In this document: piece by piece, positions 1 through 9,653 of the stretch
Layout of the letters: each line of letters begins with the position of its first letter
Numbering within the stretch: position 1 is the stretch's first letter
Origin: Campylobacterota bacterium
GTDB lineage: Bacteria; Campylobacterota; Campylobacteria; Campylobacterales; Sulfurimonadaceae
Length of the DNA: 52,069 bases
Assembly (NCBI GenBank): GCA_034717975.1
Contig: JAYEMF010000033.1
Span: 1 to 52,069, forward strand
Direction of reading: 5' to 3'
The notes under the pieces: model-generated
The model's input: the letters and a program-made list of their open reading frames with translations, nothing else
Told to the model about the DNA's origin: nothing
Databases searched by the model: none
Made by a program: the position numbers and the translations under genes

Positions 1-46
1 GCGAGGTATCATCTCCGCCTGAACATAAAATTGCAATATTATTCAT
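1..46 (-). CDS. pfkA: 5' end of a probable ATP-dependent 6-phosphofructokinase (runs off the window edge)
   Basis: The reverse strand from ATG at 46 reads MNNIAILCSGGDDTS, matching the PfkA N-terminal (I/V)xxxSGGD motif. A GAAGGA SD lies upstream and the gene is divergent from the glycogen operon. Only 15 codons are visible, and the residues after SGGD deviate from the usual xxGMN. Confidence 0.6.
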   Translation of the reverse strand, partial: MNNIAILCSGGDDTS

Positions 47-122
47 TCTTAACTGTTTCCTTCTTTAGTTTTTAAGATTATATTATGACTTTGTGTACAA
101 ATGATAACGTAATTGATTGATT

Positions 123-149
123 TGTAAGTAATATGTAACCATACTTACA
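123..149. promoter_or_regulatory. Candidate operator in the divergent pfkA/glycogen promoter
   Basis: Perfect inverted repeat TGTAAGTA-N11-TACTTACA (123-130/142-149), overlapping an 11-bp-period direct repeat TGTAAG-N5-TGTAAC (123-139). Confidence 0.35.
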
Positions 150-187
150 TAAAATCTATTGTAAAATATTATCACAAAGGAATTCTA

Positions 188-469
188 ATGATTAAAATCA
201 AAAAAAATGGCCAAAGAGCTTGGGTGACGTTTACGTTTTTACCATCCGATACTACTGAAAGTGTTCTGATTTCAGGTGACTGGAACGAGTGGAAAGAGGA
301 GCCGATGAAGCAGAAAAAAAGCGGTGAGTTCTCCATCACTAAAATACTCAAAGTCGGAAACACGTTTCAGTTTGGTTATAAAGTAAATGGTCAGGAGTGG
401 ACATTCGATAGTGATTGCCCTGTCGTGGCATCTCCATTCCATACCCAAAACTCGTTGATTGAACTTTAA
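188..469 (+). CDS. Stand-alone glycogen-binding CBM48/AMPK-beta-like (early set) domain protein
   Basis: 93 aa with V.ISGDWNEW...PM...GEF...FQFGYKVNGQEW..D pattern; AAAGGA SD; first gene of the glycogen cluster. Confidence 0.85.
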   Translation: MIKIKKNGQRAWVTFTFLPSDTTESVLISGDWNEWKEEPMKQKKSGEFSITKILKVGNTFQFGYKVNGQEWTFDSDCPVVASPFHTQNSLIEL

Positions 470-611
470 TCGGACCATTTTAGATTCTTACCTTAATGGC
501 CGAAGCGCCTTTTGGAGTGAAAGATAAACTGTAGAATTAAAATCAAATAATCGTTTAAGCAGGCAGAGAACTGCTTGACATTACACCCACATATTACCGC
601 AAGGAGCACGA

Positions 612-3128
612 ATGAAAGCTGTTGTTATGGCAGGTGGATTTGGAACAAGAATTCAGCCACTTACTAACTCCCGTCCTAAGCCAATGTTACCGATTGTCAA
701 CAAACCGATGATGGAACACACGATGATGACTCTTAAAGATTTAGGAATTACCGAGTTTATTATTCTGCTCTATTTCAAGCCTGAAATCATCAAAGATCAT
801 TTCAGAGACGGCAGTGATTTTGGTATCAAAATCACCTATGTCGTACCCGATGATGATTATGGTACGGCAGGTGCGGTAAAACTGGCACAGGAGCATATCG
901 GCGATGAGAACTTTATCATCATCAGCGGTGACCTTGTAACCGATTTTGATTTCCAGCAGATATTTGATTACCATCAACAAAAAGAGTCCAAGCTGACGAT
1001 CACTTTGACATCGGTAGACAATCCGCTCCAATTCGGTGTTGTCATTGCCAATGAAGAGGGAAAGATAGAGAAGTTTCTGGAAAAACCAAGCTGGGGTGAA
1101 GTCTTCAGTGATACGATCAATACCGGTATCTACATCATAGAGCCGGAGATCCTGGACTATATCCCGCAAGGCAGCAATTTTGATTTTGCCAAAGATCTCT
1201 TTCCTCTTCTTATGAAAGAGGATATTGACCTGATGGCCGGATATGCCCAGGGGTACTGGCGTGATGTCGGAAATCCGGAGAGTTACAGAGAAGTCTATGA
1301 TGATATTTTGACCAGTAAAGTAAAATTCACTTATGACGGAATAAAAACTGAATTCCCCGATGGTCTGCTCTACAGTGCCGAACCGGTTGAACTTGACAGC
1401 AGCATAGAGATTATCGGGACAGTGGTACTGGGCAAAAATGTCACACTGGGTAAACGTGCCAAGCTGAACAATGTAGTTATCGGTGACAATGTTGCCATCG
1501 GTGCATCCTGTAAGATCAGAAACACGGTATTCTGGAATGATGTAGAAGTAGGCAAAAGCGTCACGCTTGATGGCTGTGTAATCTGTAACAACAATGTTTT
1601 CGGAAAGAATTCACAGGCCAAAGCGGGCATGATCCTTGCCGAGGGATGTGAGATTGGACAACTGGTCTCTATCGAACAGGATATCACGATATGGCCGGAT
1701 AAAAAAATCGATGATGCAGCGATCGTCAGCAACAATGTGGTCTGGGGAAGCAAATACAAAAATTCAATCTTTGAAAACGGCAGTGTCATCGGAAAATCGA
1801 ATGTCGAACTCTCCTGTGAAATGTCAACAAAACTGGCAGAAGCATTTGGTGCACAGCTGCCTGTTGGCAGCACTGTCTATGTCTCCAGAGATGCCCATAA
1901 AAGCTCCAGAATGCTCAAGCGTGCCTTCCTTGGAGGATTGCTCGCTTCGGGTATCCATGTGATGGACCTGAAAAGTATGCCCTCGGCCGTTCTGCGCTAC
2001 AACCTCTCCAAGAATCCCGACATCATAGCCGGTATCCATTTCCGTGAAAATGTCATTGACCCGACCAGTACCGAGTTGACTTTCTTCAATGAAGAGGGAC
2101 TGCGTATCGATACCGGTACGGCACAGAGTGTTGAAAAAGCTTTCTTCAAAGAGACGTTCAGACGGGTTGATTACAAACAGATAGGTGTTATCCATGAAAC
2201 AGAACACCACAACCTTCATGAGTGTTTGACGTACAAAAATGCGCTTGAGTCGACAGTCGATCAAGCCGCCTTGAAGTGCAGCACCAGGTGCAGAGTCGCG
2301 GTTGACGTGATGCATGGCGGAACAGCAGAGATTTTCCCTGAGGTCATGCACGATCTTAATATCGACAATATTATTTTAAATGCCCACCATGGCAGTCACA
2401 GACTCTCAAATTTTCTTGCAAAAAAGAAAAAATCGGAAGAGGACCTTACCGCAATCGTCAAAAACCTGGAGATGGATATGGGATTTATGATCTACCCTAA
2501 CGGTCAGCGACTTAATGTCGTAACCGATGAAGGCGTGGTCCTTGGGCAAGAGACGGCCCTTCTGGTGATCTTGTATCTGCTCAATCTTGAAGCCGGGGAG
2601 GGTGCGATGTCGGTATTTCTTCCTTCCTGGGCTCCCGATGTCATGGATGATACTTTCGAGAATCTTACGATAGAGCGTGGAAAATATGCCAATTTCAAAG
2701 CTGCTGAATTGAAAAAGTATGATCTGATCGCCACACTCGATGGTAACTTTGCATTCACCGAATTTGCTCTCCACCGTGATTCGATGTATGCCTGTCTGAA
2801 GATGATCGCACTCACAATGAAACACAATATAAAGCTCTCAGACATTGTTCGCAAAATAAACTCCTTTCACTATAGTACCCATCAGATCCCGTGCACACAG
2901 GCGCTTAAAGGGAAGATGATGCGTAAGTTCCTGGAAGAGGCCAAAGGGAAAAGATCCTCTTCGGCCGATGGTGTCAAGATATGGGTTTATGAAAATGACT
3001 GGGTATTGATGATCCCTGACCAGTACAGTGACAGTCTAAATCTCTTCATACAGGCGAAGGATGTTCTCACCGGCAATGCAATCTATGATATCTACAAAGC
3101 CAAGATCGAGGAGTGGTCAAAAGAGTAA
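612..3128 (+). CDS. Sugar-1-phosphate nucleotidyltransferase (GDP-Man pyrophosphorylase-like) with LbH domain, fused to a degenerate phosphohexomutase
   Basis: N-terminal MAGGFGTRI.PLT..RPKP, GTAG, EKP and YWRDVG motifs; hexapeptide repeats; C-terminal PGM/PMM-like region; AAGGAG SD. Confidence 0.9.
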   Translation: MKAVVMAGGFGTRIQPLTNSRPKPMLPIVNKPMMEHTMMTLKDLGITEFIILLYFKPEIIKDHFRDGSDFGIKITYVVPDDDYGTAGAVKLAQEHIGDENFIIISGDLVTDFDFQQIFDYHQQKESKLTITLTSVDNPLQFGVVIANEEGKIEKFLEKPSWGEVFSDTINTGIYIIEPEILDYIPQGSNFDFAKDLFPLLMKEDIDLMAGYAQGYWRDVGNPESYREVYDDILTSKVKFTYDGIKTEFPDGLLYSAEPVELDSSIEIIGTVVLGKNVTLGKRAKLNNVVIGDNVAIGASCKIRNTVFWNDVEVGKSVTLDGCVICNNNVFGKNSQAKAGMILAEGCEIGQLVSIEQDITIWPDKKIDDAAIVSNNVVWGSKYKNSIFENGSVIGKSNVELSCEMSTKLAEAFGAQLPVGSTVYVSRDAHKSSRMLKRAFLGGLLASGIHVMDLKSMPSAVLRYNLSKNPDIIAGIHFRENVIDPTSTELTFFNEEGLRIDTGTAQSVEKAFFKETFRRVDYKQIGVIHETEHHNLHECLTYKNALESTVDQAALKCSTRCRVAVDVMHGGTAEIFPEVMHDLNIDNIILNAHHGSHRLSNFLAKKKKSEEDLTAIVKNLEMDMGFMIYPNGQRLNVVTDEGVVLGQETALLVILYLLNLEAGEGAMSVFLPSWAPDVMDDTFENLTIERGKYANFKAAELKKYDLIATLDGNFAFTEFALHRDSMYACLKMIALTMKHNIKLSDIVRKINSFHYSTHQIPCTQALKGKMMRKFLEEAKGKRSSSADGVKIWVYENDWVLMIPDQYSDSLNLFIQAKDVLTGNAIYDIYKAKIEEWSKE

Positions 3129-5161
3129 TGATGAGCAAGTCACTTAACCTCTGTTTTTTCTGGCATATGCACCAGCCCGATTACCGGGGCAGTAACGGAG
3201 TGATGACGATGCCATGGGTCTTTCTTCATGCCATCAAAGACTATTATGAGATGCCCTGGTTGGTTAGCCGGCATCCCGGTCTGAAAGCAACTTTCAATAT
3301 TACGGCTCCGTTGATCGAGCAGCTCAACCTTTACAGCGAACCGCTCAGATACGACTACTTTCTCTCACTGTGGGAAGCTCACCCTTCTGCGCTTGAGGCA
3401 GAAGCCAGGAGCTGGCTGGTAAAAACCTGTAAATCGACTCAATTCGACACGATGGTTCAGCCATTTCCTCGTTATGGTACGCTTTATCATCAGGATGATC
3501 TGAATGATGAGGAGCTGATCGATCTGGAAGTGCTTTTTATCCTGTCATGGTGCGGAAACTATCTACGGCAGGAAAATAAGCTGGTCAGAGAGCTTATCGA
3601 AAAAGGTGAAGCGTTTTCTCAGTCTGATAAAACTGAATTATTGAAGACACTGTGTGACTTTGTCGCTACTATTTTGCCATTTTATGCCTCTTTGCAAAAG
3701 CAGGGTGTGATCTCACTCTCTACGACACCTTATAATCACCCGATTTTACCGCTACTGCTTGATATCGACAATGCCAAACATGCCAATGCCCATACGCCGT
3801 TGCCGGATAACTCCCTTTCGTTGCGTGACGATGCGATCGAGCAGGTCAATCGATCCATCATGCTTTATGAAGAGACTTTTGGCCGGAAACCGACCGGATT
3901 CTGGCCGGCAGAAGGGGCGGTAGATGAAGCCAGTGTAGCCATCTACAAAGAGAAAGGACTCAAATGGATAGCGACCGATGAAGCGATCCTTTTTCGTTCA
4001 CTGGAGGATTCGGAACGAGCCAATCTCTATAGTGCCTATAATTTCAATGATGTGACCATTGGGTTTCGTGATCATGGTTTGAGTGATCTGATCGGGTTTA
4101 CCTATCGGTTTAAAGGCGCAGAAGAAGCTGCCGAGCATTTTATGCAGGCACTCAAACCTATTGCGCAAGAGAGTAGAGATGCAACCGTTTTCGTCATCCT
4201 TGATGGTGAAAATGCCTGGGAGTTCTTCGCAGATAATGCCTATCCGTTTTTCAATGCACTCTATCAACGATTTGCCGATGCCAGCTGGTGTCATACGGTT
4301 ACGATGGATGAGGTCTCTCAGGGCAAAGATATTCCTATATTGGACAGACTGGCTCCGGGAAGCTGGATCAATGGCGAGTTCAATACCTGGTCCGGGCATC
4401 AGGAGAAAAATCGTGCCTGGGAGTTGATCTATCAGACTCGCCGCGATGTAGATAACTACCTGGGTACGATAAGCGATGAAGTAAAAGAGAAGGTTACCTA
4501 CCACTTTTTAGCGGCTGAGTGCAGTGACTGGTTCTGGTGGTATGGCGACGATCATGTCACCGACTTTGCTTTTGAGTTCGATGCACTCTTCAGGGAACAT
4601 CTCATCACCATATATACGCTGCTTGATATGCGTGCTCCGGCTGATCTCTATGAACCGATCATCACTCATAAAAGCAGTGCCTCGTTTATGCTTAAACCCA
4701 ATGCCCATATCTCTCCTATTATCGATGGTAAGAACAGCTCATTTTTTGAGTGGCTGGACAGTGGCAGCATTGATGAAACACAGATTTTCTCTACGATGGA
4801 CCGTGTACGCGGACCGATGGAGAAGATCTATTTCGGGCAGAATGATGAGGCTGTTTTTCTGGCCTTTGAAGGTGAATTCGAACGGTTTCAGCAGGAGGTG
4901 TCAACACTGGAAGTGATCATTGAAGAGACGGCAGAAAAACTTTTCTTTGCACTGGACTGCTCCTATGAAGATGAGGTCTCTTCGCTGGCTGTTGGCGAGC
5001 GGATCGAGTTGGCACTTCAGCGTTCACTGTTTAAAGAACATGGCAGTGTTCACTTGCGTTTTGAGATCGTGCAGGGTTCCCATATTATCCAGACGCTGCC
5101 TGGGTATGGGTCGCTGGTGATTGATCTCGATGAGACATTTGCTGAGAACTGGTTTGTTTGA
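3128..5161 (+). CDS. GH57 amylopullulanase-like glycoside hydrolase
   Basis: HMHQP, WPAEG (nucleophile), LDGENAWE (acid/base) and AECSDWFWW motifs. Start placed at the TAATG overlap with the upstream stop. Confidence 0.9.
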   Translation: MMSKSLNLCFFWHMHQPDYRGSNGVMTMPWVFLHAIKDYYEMPWLVSRHPGLKATFNITAPLIEQLNLYSEPLRYDYFLSLWEAHPSALEAEARSWLVKTCKSTQFDTMVQPFPRYGTLYHQDDLNDEELIDLEVLFILSWCGNYLRQENKLVRELIEKGEAFSQSDKTELLKTLCDFVATILPFYASLQKQGVISLSTTPYNHPILPLLLDIDNAKHANAHTPLPDNSLSLRDDAIEQVNRSIMLYEETFGRKPTGFWPAEGAVDEASVAIYKEKGLKWIATDEAILFRSLEDSERANLYSAYNFNDVTIGFRDHGLSDLIGFTYRFKGAEEAAEHFMQALKPIAQESRDATVFVILDGENAWEFFADNAYPFFNALYQRFADASWCHTVTMDEVSQGKDIPILDRLAPGSWINGEFNTWSGHQEKNRAWELIYQTRRDVDNYLGTISDEVKEKVTYHFLAAECSDWFWWYGDDHVTDFAFEFDALFREHLITIYTLLDMRAPADLYEPIITHKSSASFMLKPNAHISPIIDGKNSSFFEWLDSGSIDETQIFSTMDRVRGPMEKIYFGQNDEAVFLAFEGEFERFQQEVSTLEVIIEETAEKLFFALDCSYEDEVSSLAVGERIELALQRSLFKEHGSVHLRFEIVQGSHIIQTLPGYGSLVIDLDETFAENWFV

Positions 5162-5172
5162 AAGGAGATTGT

Positions 5173-7212
5173 ATGCAAGATAAAACGACACTACTGTTCG
5201 GCATTCACATGCACCAGCCCGTCGATAATTTTCAGTGGGTCATCGAGCATGCTGTTGACGTCTGTTACGGCCCTTTTTTCGATGTGGTGAGCAGGTATCC
5301 GGAGTTCCGCTTTTCGGTACACTGCAGCGGCTGGCTGATGGAACAGATTGAACAGAATCATCCCCGGCTCTATAAGCAGATCACGTTATTGGCCAAAAAT
5401 GGGAGTATCGAGTTCGTAAGTGCCGGCTACTATGAACCGATACTCAGTGTCATTCCCTCGGATGACCGTGTAGCGCAGATCGACCAGCTTAATGCTTCGA
5501 TCGAATCAGCATTCAATCAGACGCCGCGTGGGCTCTGGCTGACAGAGCGGGTCTGGGAATCATCACTGATCCCCGACCTCAATCGTGCCGGTATCAAATA
5601 CACGGTGATGGATGACTATCACTTTCAGTGTGCCGGTTTTGATGAAGAGATTCTTGATGGCTACTACCTGACAGAGGAGGGCGGTAAGCAGCTTGCCCTC
5701 TTCCCGATCAGTAAAAAACTGCGTTACGCCATTCCATTCTTAAGTGTCGAGAGTGCCCTTAAAGCGGTCAAGTCATTCAACCGCAAAAAAGATTCTGCGG
5801 CGATTATCTTTGATGATGCCGAGAAGTTTGGAATGTGGCCGGGAACGTATGAGTGGGTGTATGAAAAAGAGTGGCTCAAAGGGTTCATCGAAGGTATACT
5901 TGCAGATCCGTCGATCGAAACGATGCAGTATGGCGAGTACCTTCAACAGCAGCGTACCAGAGGGATCGCCTACCTGCCGAATGTCTCATACTATGAGATG
6001 GGAGAGTGGAGTTTGCGCGCCGATGATGCGTTAAAACTGGAAGCCTTCAAGCATGAGATGGGTCACGAGCGTTATGAACGCGAAGGCGTGAAGTTTTTAA
6101 AAGGCGGCATCTGGAAGAATTTCTTTGTGAAATATGATGAGAGCAATCGCATCCATAAACGGATGTTGGAACTTTCTGAGGTACGAGAGAGTGTCGACAA
6201 GCCGGCATTTGATGTCAGCCTCCACAAGCTTCAGACCAATGATGCTCTCTGGCACGGTGTCTTTGGCGGGCTGTACCTGCCAAATCTGCGTGACAATGCC
6301 TACCGCTATATGATTGAGTGTGAGAATCTGCGCTATGGGAAGAAGCTAGTTGTCGCTGCGGACAGCAACGATCTCGATGGGTTTGAAAAGATCAAAGCGG
6401 TAACGGCGCAACTGATTTTTCGTTTCGATGCCGCATCCGGTGGTCAGCTGGTAGAGTTTGACAGCCGGGCAGATGCGTTTAACTGGCAAAACACACTGAC
6501 ACGCCGTAAAGAGGCCTACCATCAGCAACTGTTTGAAGTGCCGGATGATGAAACTTCGGTGGTTGAAGATGGCATCGATACTATCCACAACGCCGCGATG
6601 GAGATCGATGACGAGATGCGCGATACAGTCATTTACGACTGGTATCTCAAAAACTCGTTTATTGATCATATCAGTGATGATGAATTTGGTTCCGACAGTT
6701 TCCGCCACAGCAATTTTCATGAGTATGGCGACTTTGCCAATCAGCCTTTTGAGCTTAAGTATGATCGAAAAAGCGTGACATTCTGGCGTGATGGCGGTCT
6801 CTTCTTTCCGGACAAAGCTGCGGCACATTTGAAAAAAAGCTTCTATCCAAAGAGAGATGGATTGGATTTCACTATTGATTTTAATGCAGATACCGAACAG
6901 TCACTTAGCTATGTCCTTGAGCATAATTTTCACTTTGCCAACTATGAAGAGGTCAGTGTCAACGGTGTAGCTCTCAAAGAAGAGGGGTGGCATAGCGTGG
7001 TTGACGAACTGGAGATACATGACGGCTATCTGAAGAAAAAGATCACGATTGCGCTAAACCATCCATTTGATATCTACTATTTCCTGTTAAAGACACTTTC
7101 GCAGAGCGAAAAAGGGTTTGATCTGACGATTCAGGGTGTCAGCTTTGCGATGGTCATTCCGTTTAGTCAGGCTGTTTCACTTGAAGGTACGCTGGAGGTT
7201 ATAGATGTCTGA
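5173..7212 (+). CDS. GH57 alpha-amylase/4-alpha-glucanotransferase
   Basis: HMHQP, WLTERVW, DDAEKFG.WP and WHGVFGGLYLP motifs; AAAGGAG SD before ATG at 5173. Confidence 0.9.
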   Translation: MQDKTTLLFGIHMHQPVDNFQWVIEHAVDVCYGPFFDVVSRYPEFRFSVHCSGWLMEQIEQNHPRLYKQITLLAKNGSIEFVSAGYYEPILSVIPSDDRVAQIDQLNASIESAFNQTPRGLWLTERVWESSLIPDLNRAGIKYTVMDDYHFQCAGFDEEILDGYYLTEEGGKQLALFPISKKLRYAIPFLSVESALKAVKSFNRKKDSAAIIFDDAEKFGMWPGTYEWVYEKEWLKGFIEGILADPSIETMQYGEYLQQQRTRGIAYLPNVSYYEMGEWSLRADDALKLEAFKHEMGHERYEREGVKFLKGGIWKNFFVKYDESNRIHKRMLELSEVRESVDKPAFDVSLHKLQTNDALWHGVFGGLYLPNLRDNAYRYMIECENLRYGKKLVVAADSNDLDGFEKIKAVTAQLIFRFDAASGGQLVEFDSRADAFNWQNTLTRRKEAYHQQLFEVPDDETSVVEDGIDTIHNAAMEIDDEMRDTVIYDWYLKNSFIDHISDDEFGSDSFRHSNFHEYGDFANQPFELKYDRKSVTFWRDGGLFFPDKAAAHLKKSFYPKRDGLDFTIDFNADTEQSLSYVLEHNFHFANYEEVSVNGVALKEEGWHSVVDELEIHDGYLKKKITIALNHPFDIYYFLLKTLSQSEKGFDLTIQGVSFAMVIPFSQAVSLEGTLEVIDV

Positions 7213-8236
7213 GATCCGGTACGATGTTCTGAATGATACGCACGTTATTATTGCCCCGGAGCGTCTGCACCGTCCTGATCAGTGTGGTATAGATCAGGAA
7301 ACATACGCATCGGAAAACTGTCCTTTCTGCGAAGGGAATGAGTCGATGACACCGCCGGAGATTTTTTCCCTGCGAGGAAAAAAGAGTTTTGCCAATGAAC
7401 CGGGCTGGCAGACCCGTGTTGTTCCAAATCTCTATAGAGCCGTCCAGATCGAAGTACAGCATCAGTTTTATCGGGAGGGGCTTTTTCATAAGTCTGAGGG
7501 TTTTGGAGCGCATGAGGTGATTATTGATACACCTAACCATCACAGCACAATGACGCAGTGGAGTGAAGAAGAGATAGCCAACTGGATTAAGACGATGCGT
7601 GCACGTGTAAGTGATCTGCGTCATGATCATCGCATCACCTTTATCTCCCTCTTTAAAAATCAGGGGACGCAAGCTGGCTCAACGCAACCGCATCCGCACA
7701 CTCAGCTTATCGGTCTGTCGATCATTCCCAAAGCAGATAGAGAGTGTTATGAACGTACGCATACCCACTACAAAACAACGGGTAAGGCACTGCTGGAATC
7801 ACTGCTGTTGCAAGAGGAAGAGGAGGTGAAACGTATTGTTGCCAAGGCAGGTGACTTTACGGCATTCTGTCCTTATGCCAGTGGTTATCCTTTTGAAGTG
7901 ATGATCAGTTCGAAAAAGGCAGTTGGACAGATCGATACGCTTAGTGACGAAGCTATTCTGTCACTCTCATCGTTGCTGCTTGATGTTCTGAAAAAGATGG
8001 AACGACAGCTGATGTGTTTTGATTTCAATCTTCAGATCACCACTCCGCCACTTCAGCATGGACCGTTGGGAAGTGAGCTTTTACATGATGTTGAGTATGC
8101 ATGTCGATTTGCCATCCGGATCATGCCGCGTCTCTATCGTCATGGTGGCTTTGAAGTGAGTACCGGCATGATGATCAATCCCGTGGCTCCGGAGATGGCT
8201 GCCAAACTGCTCCGAGAGAGTGATGATGTCCGCTAA
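7205..8236 (+). CDS. galT: GalT-like HIT-family hexose-1-phosphate nucleotidylyltransferase
   Basis: CPFCEGNE, RVVPN, G.HEVII, and the HPH active site in GSTQPHPHTQ. Confidence 0.85.
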   Translation: MSEIRYDVLNDTHVIIAPERLHRPDQCGIDQETYASENCPFCEGNESMTPPEIFSLRGKKSFANEPGWQTRVVPNLYRAVQIEVQHQFYREGLFHKSEGFGAHEVIIDTPNHHSTMTQWSEEEIANWIKTMRARVSDLRHDHRITFISLFKNQGTQAGSTQPHPHTQLIGLSIIPKADRECYERTHTHYKTTGKALLESLLLQEEEEVKRIVAKAGDFTAFCPYASGYPFEVMISSKKAVGQIDTLSDEAILSLSSLLLDVLKKMERQLMCFDFNLQITTPPLQHGPLGSELLHDVEYACRFAIRIMPRLYRHGGFEVSTGMMINPVAPEMAAKLLRESDDVR

Positions 8237-9653
8237 AGCAAAGCTTCTGTTTGCTGCGAGCGAAGTCTACCCCTTTGCCAAAAGCGGGGGATTGGCCGAT
8301 GTGGCTCACAGTCTGCCGCGGGCACTGAACAGAGATTATGATCTAACTGTCGTTATGCCGCTTTATCGGAAAGTTGATCGTGACCGATTTGGTATTGCAG
8401 TTCTCGATGAGTGCTTTGATATTGTGATGGGCGGTGTTGAGTACCCTGTTGAACTTTACGGCTGTGAGTATGAGGGGGTACACTACCGCTTTATCTATTC
8501 ACCGCTGCTGTGTGACCGCGAGTTCCTTTATGGCCCGCCGGAGAGCGGCTATGACGATAATGCCGTCCGTTTTGGCATCTTCAATTACGCCATCGTTGAG
8601 CTGCTTAAACGAGAGCGCTATGATATCGCTCATCTCAATGACTGGCAGAGTGCACTGAGTGCTCTGCTGGTAGATGAAGCCGGTGAGATCGAGACCAAAA
8701 CAGTATTTACCATCCATAATCTTGCTTATCAGGGAACATTTGAAGCAGATATGCTGCAGAAGCTTGGCCTGAATGAGAGCTGCTTTACGATGAGCGGCAT
8801 CGAGTTTTACGGTCAGATCAACTTTATGAAAGCAGGTATCGCTTATGCGGATAGGGTTACGACAGTAAGTCCGACCTATGCCAAAGAGATTCTGACTTCG
8901 GAATTTGGATGCGGACTGGAGGGGTTTTTGCTAGAGCATCAATATAAACTCTCTGGCATTGTCAACGGCATTGATACGGAACACTTTTCACCTTCGGATG
9001 ACAGAGCACTTACGGAACCTTACAGTGATCTAACCGGTAAAGCAGTCAATAAAAAAGCCTATCTCAAGGAGGTGACACTTAAAGGCCTAAAGAGACCGCT
9101 CTTTATCTTCATCGGACGGTTTACCTGGCAAAAAGGGATGGAGCTGCTGATCGGGACCTTGCCAAAGATCGCTTTGATGGAGTGTAATATTGCTATTTTG
9201 GGCGAGGGTGAAGGAAAGTATCACGAAGATCTTAAAGCAATCGCTGATGAACACACTAATATTCATCTTGAATTTGGTTATGACGAGTCGCTCTCTCACC
9301 GTATGTATGCAGCCGCCGATTTTCTACTGATGCCTTCGCTGTTTGAGCCATGCGGGTTGAACCAGATAATCGCGATGCATTATGGTGCTGCTCCGGTGGT
9401 CCATCATGTAGGTGGTCTGGTTGATACAGTTCAGCCTGATAAAGAGTTTGATCCGGCATCGGCTGATGGCTATGGTGTTGTCTTTACACGTCCGACTGAA
9501 CGCTCTTTTGGGAATGCCTTGCAACGTGCAGATGAGCTTTATGCCGATAAACGCCGATATAACAGGATCACCAAACACAATATGGAGTGTGATTTCTCCT
9601 GGCAGGAGAGTGCAAAATCTTATAGGGCATTGTACGGGATGGTCACACAATGA
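8226..9653 (+). CDS. glgA: Glycogen synthase (GT5), copy 1
   Basis: PFAKSGGLADV, HLNDW, FTIHN, GIVNGID and PSLFEPCGL motifs. Alternative starts at 8220 and 8223. Confidence 0.92.
   Translation: MSAKAKLLFAASEVYPFAKSGGLADVAHSLPRALNRDYDLTVVMPLYRKVDRDRFGIAVLDECFDIVMGGVEYPVELYGCEYEGVHYRFIYSPLLCDREFLYGPPESGYDDNAVRFGIFNYAIVELLKRERYDIAHLNDWQSALSALLVDEAGEIETKTVFTIHNLAYQGTFEADMLQKLGLNESCFTMSGIEFYGQINFMKAGIAYADRVTTVSPTYAKEILTSEFGCGLEGFLLEHQYKLSGIVNGIDTEHFSPSDDRALTEPYSDLTGKAVNKKAYLKEVTLKGLKRPLFIFIGRFTWQKGMELLIGTLPKIALMECNIAILGEGEGKYHEDLKAIADEHTNIHLEFGYDESLSHRMYAAADFLLMPSLFEPCGLNQIIAMHYGAAPVVHHVGGLVDTVQPDKEFDPASADGYGVVFTRPTERSFGNALQRADELYADKRRYNRITKHNMECDFSWQESAKSYRALYGMVTQ

Noticed and set aside
200..207. 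A8 tract in the CBM48 gene as a phase-variation site (also the T-run before the ACP start)
   Set aside because: The frame is intact and short A/T runs are common here; no long poly-G/C contingency tract was seen.
575..580. TTGACA as a sigma70 -35 box
   Set aside because: No -10 at 16-18 bp spacing; it overlaps a short hairpin (AAGCAG...CTGCTT) instead.
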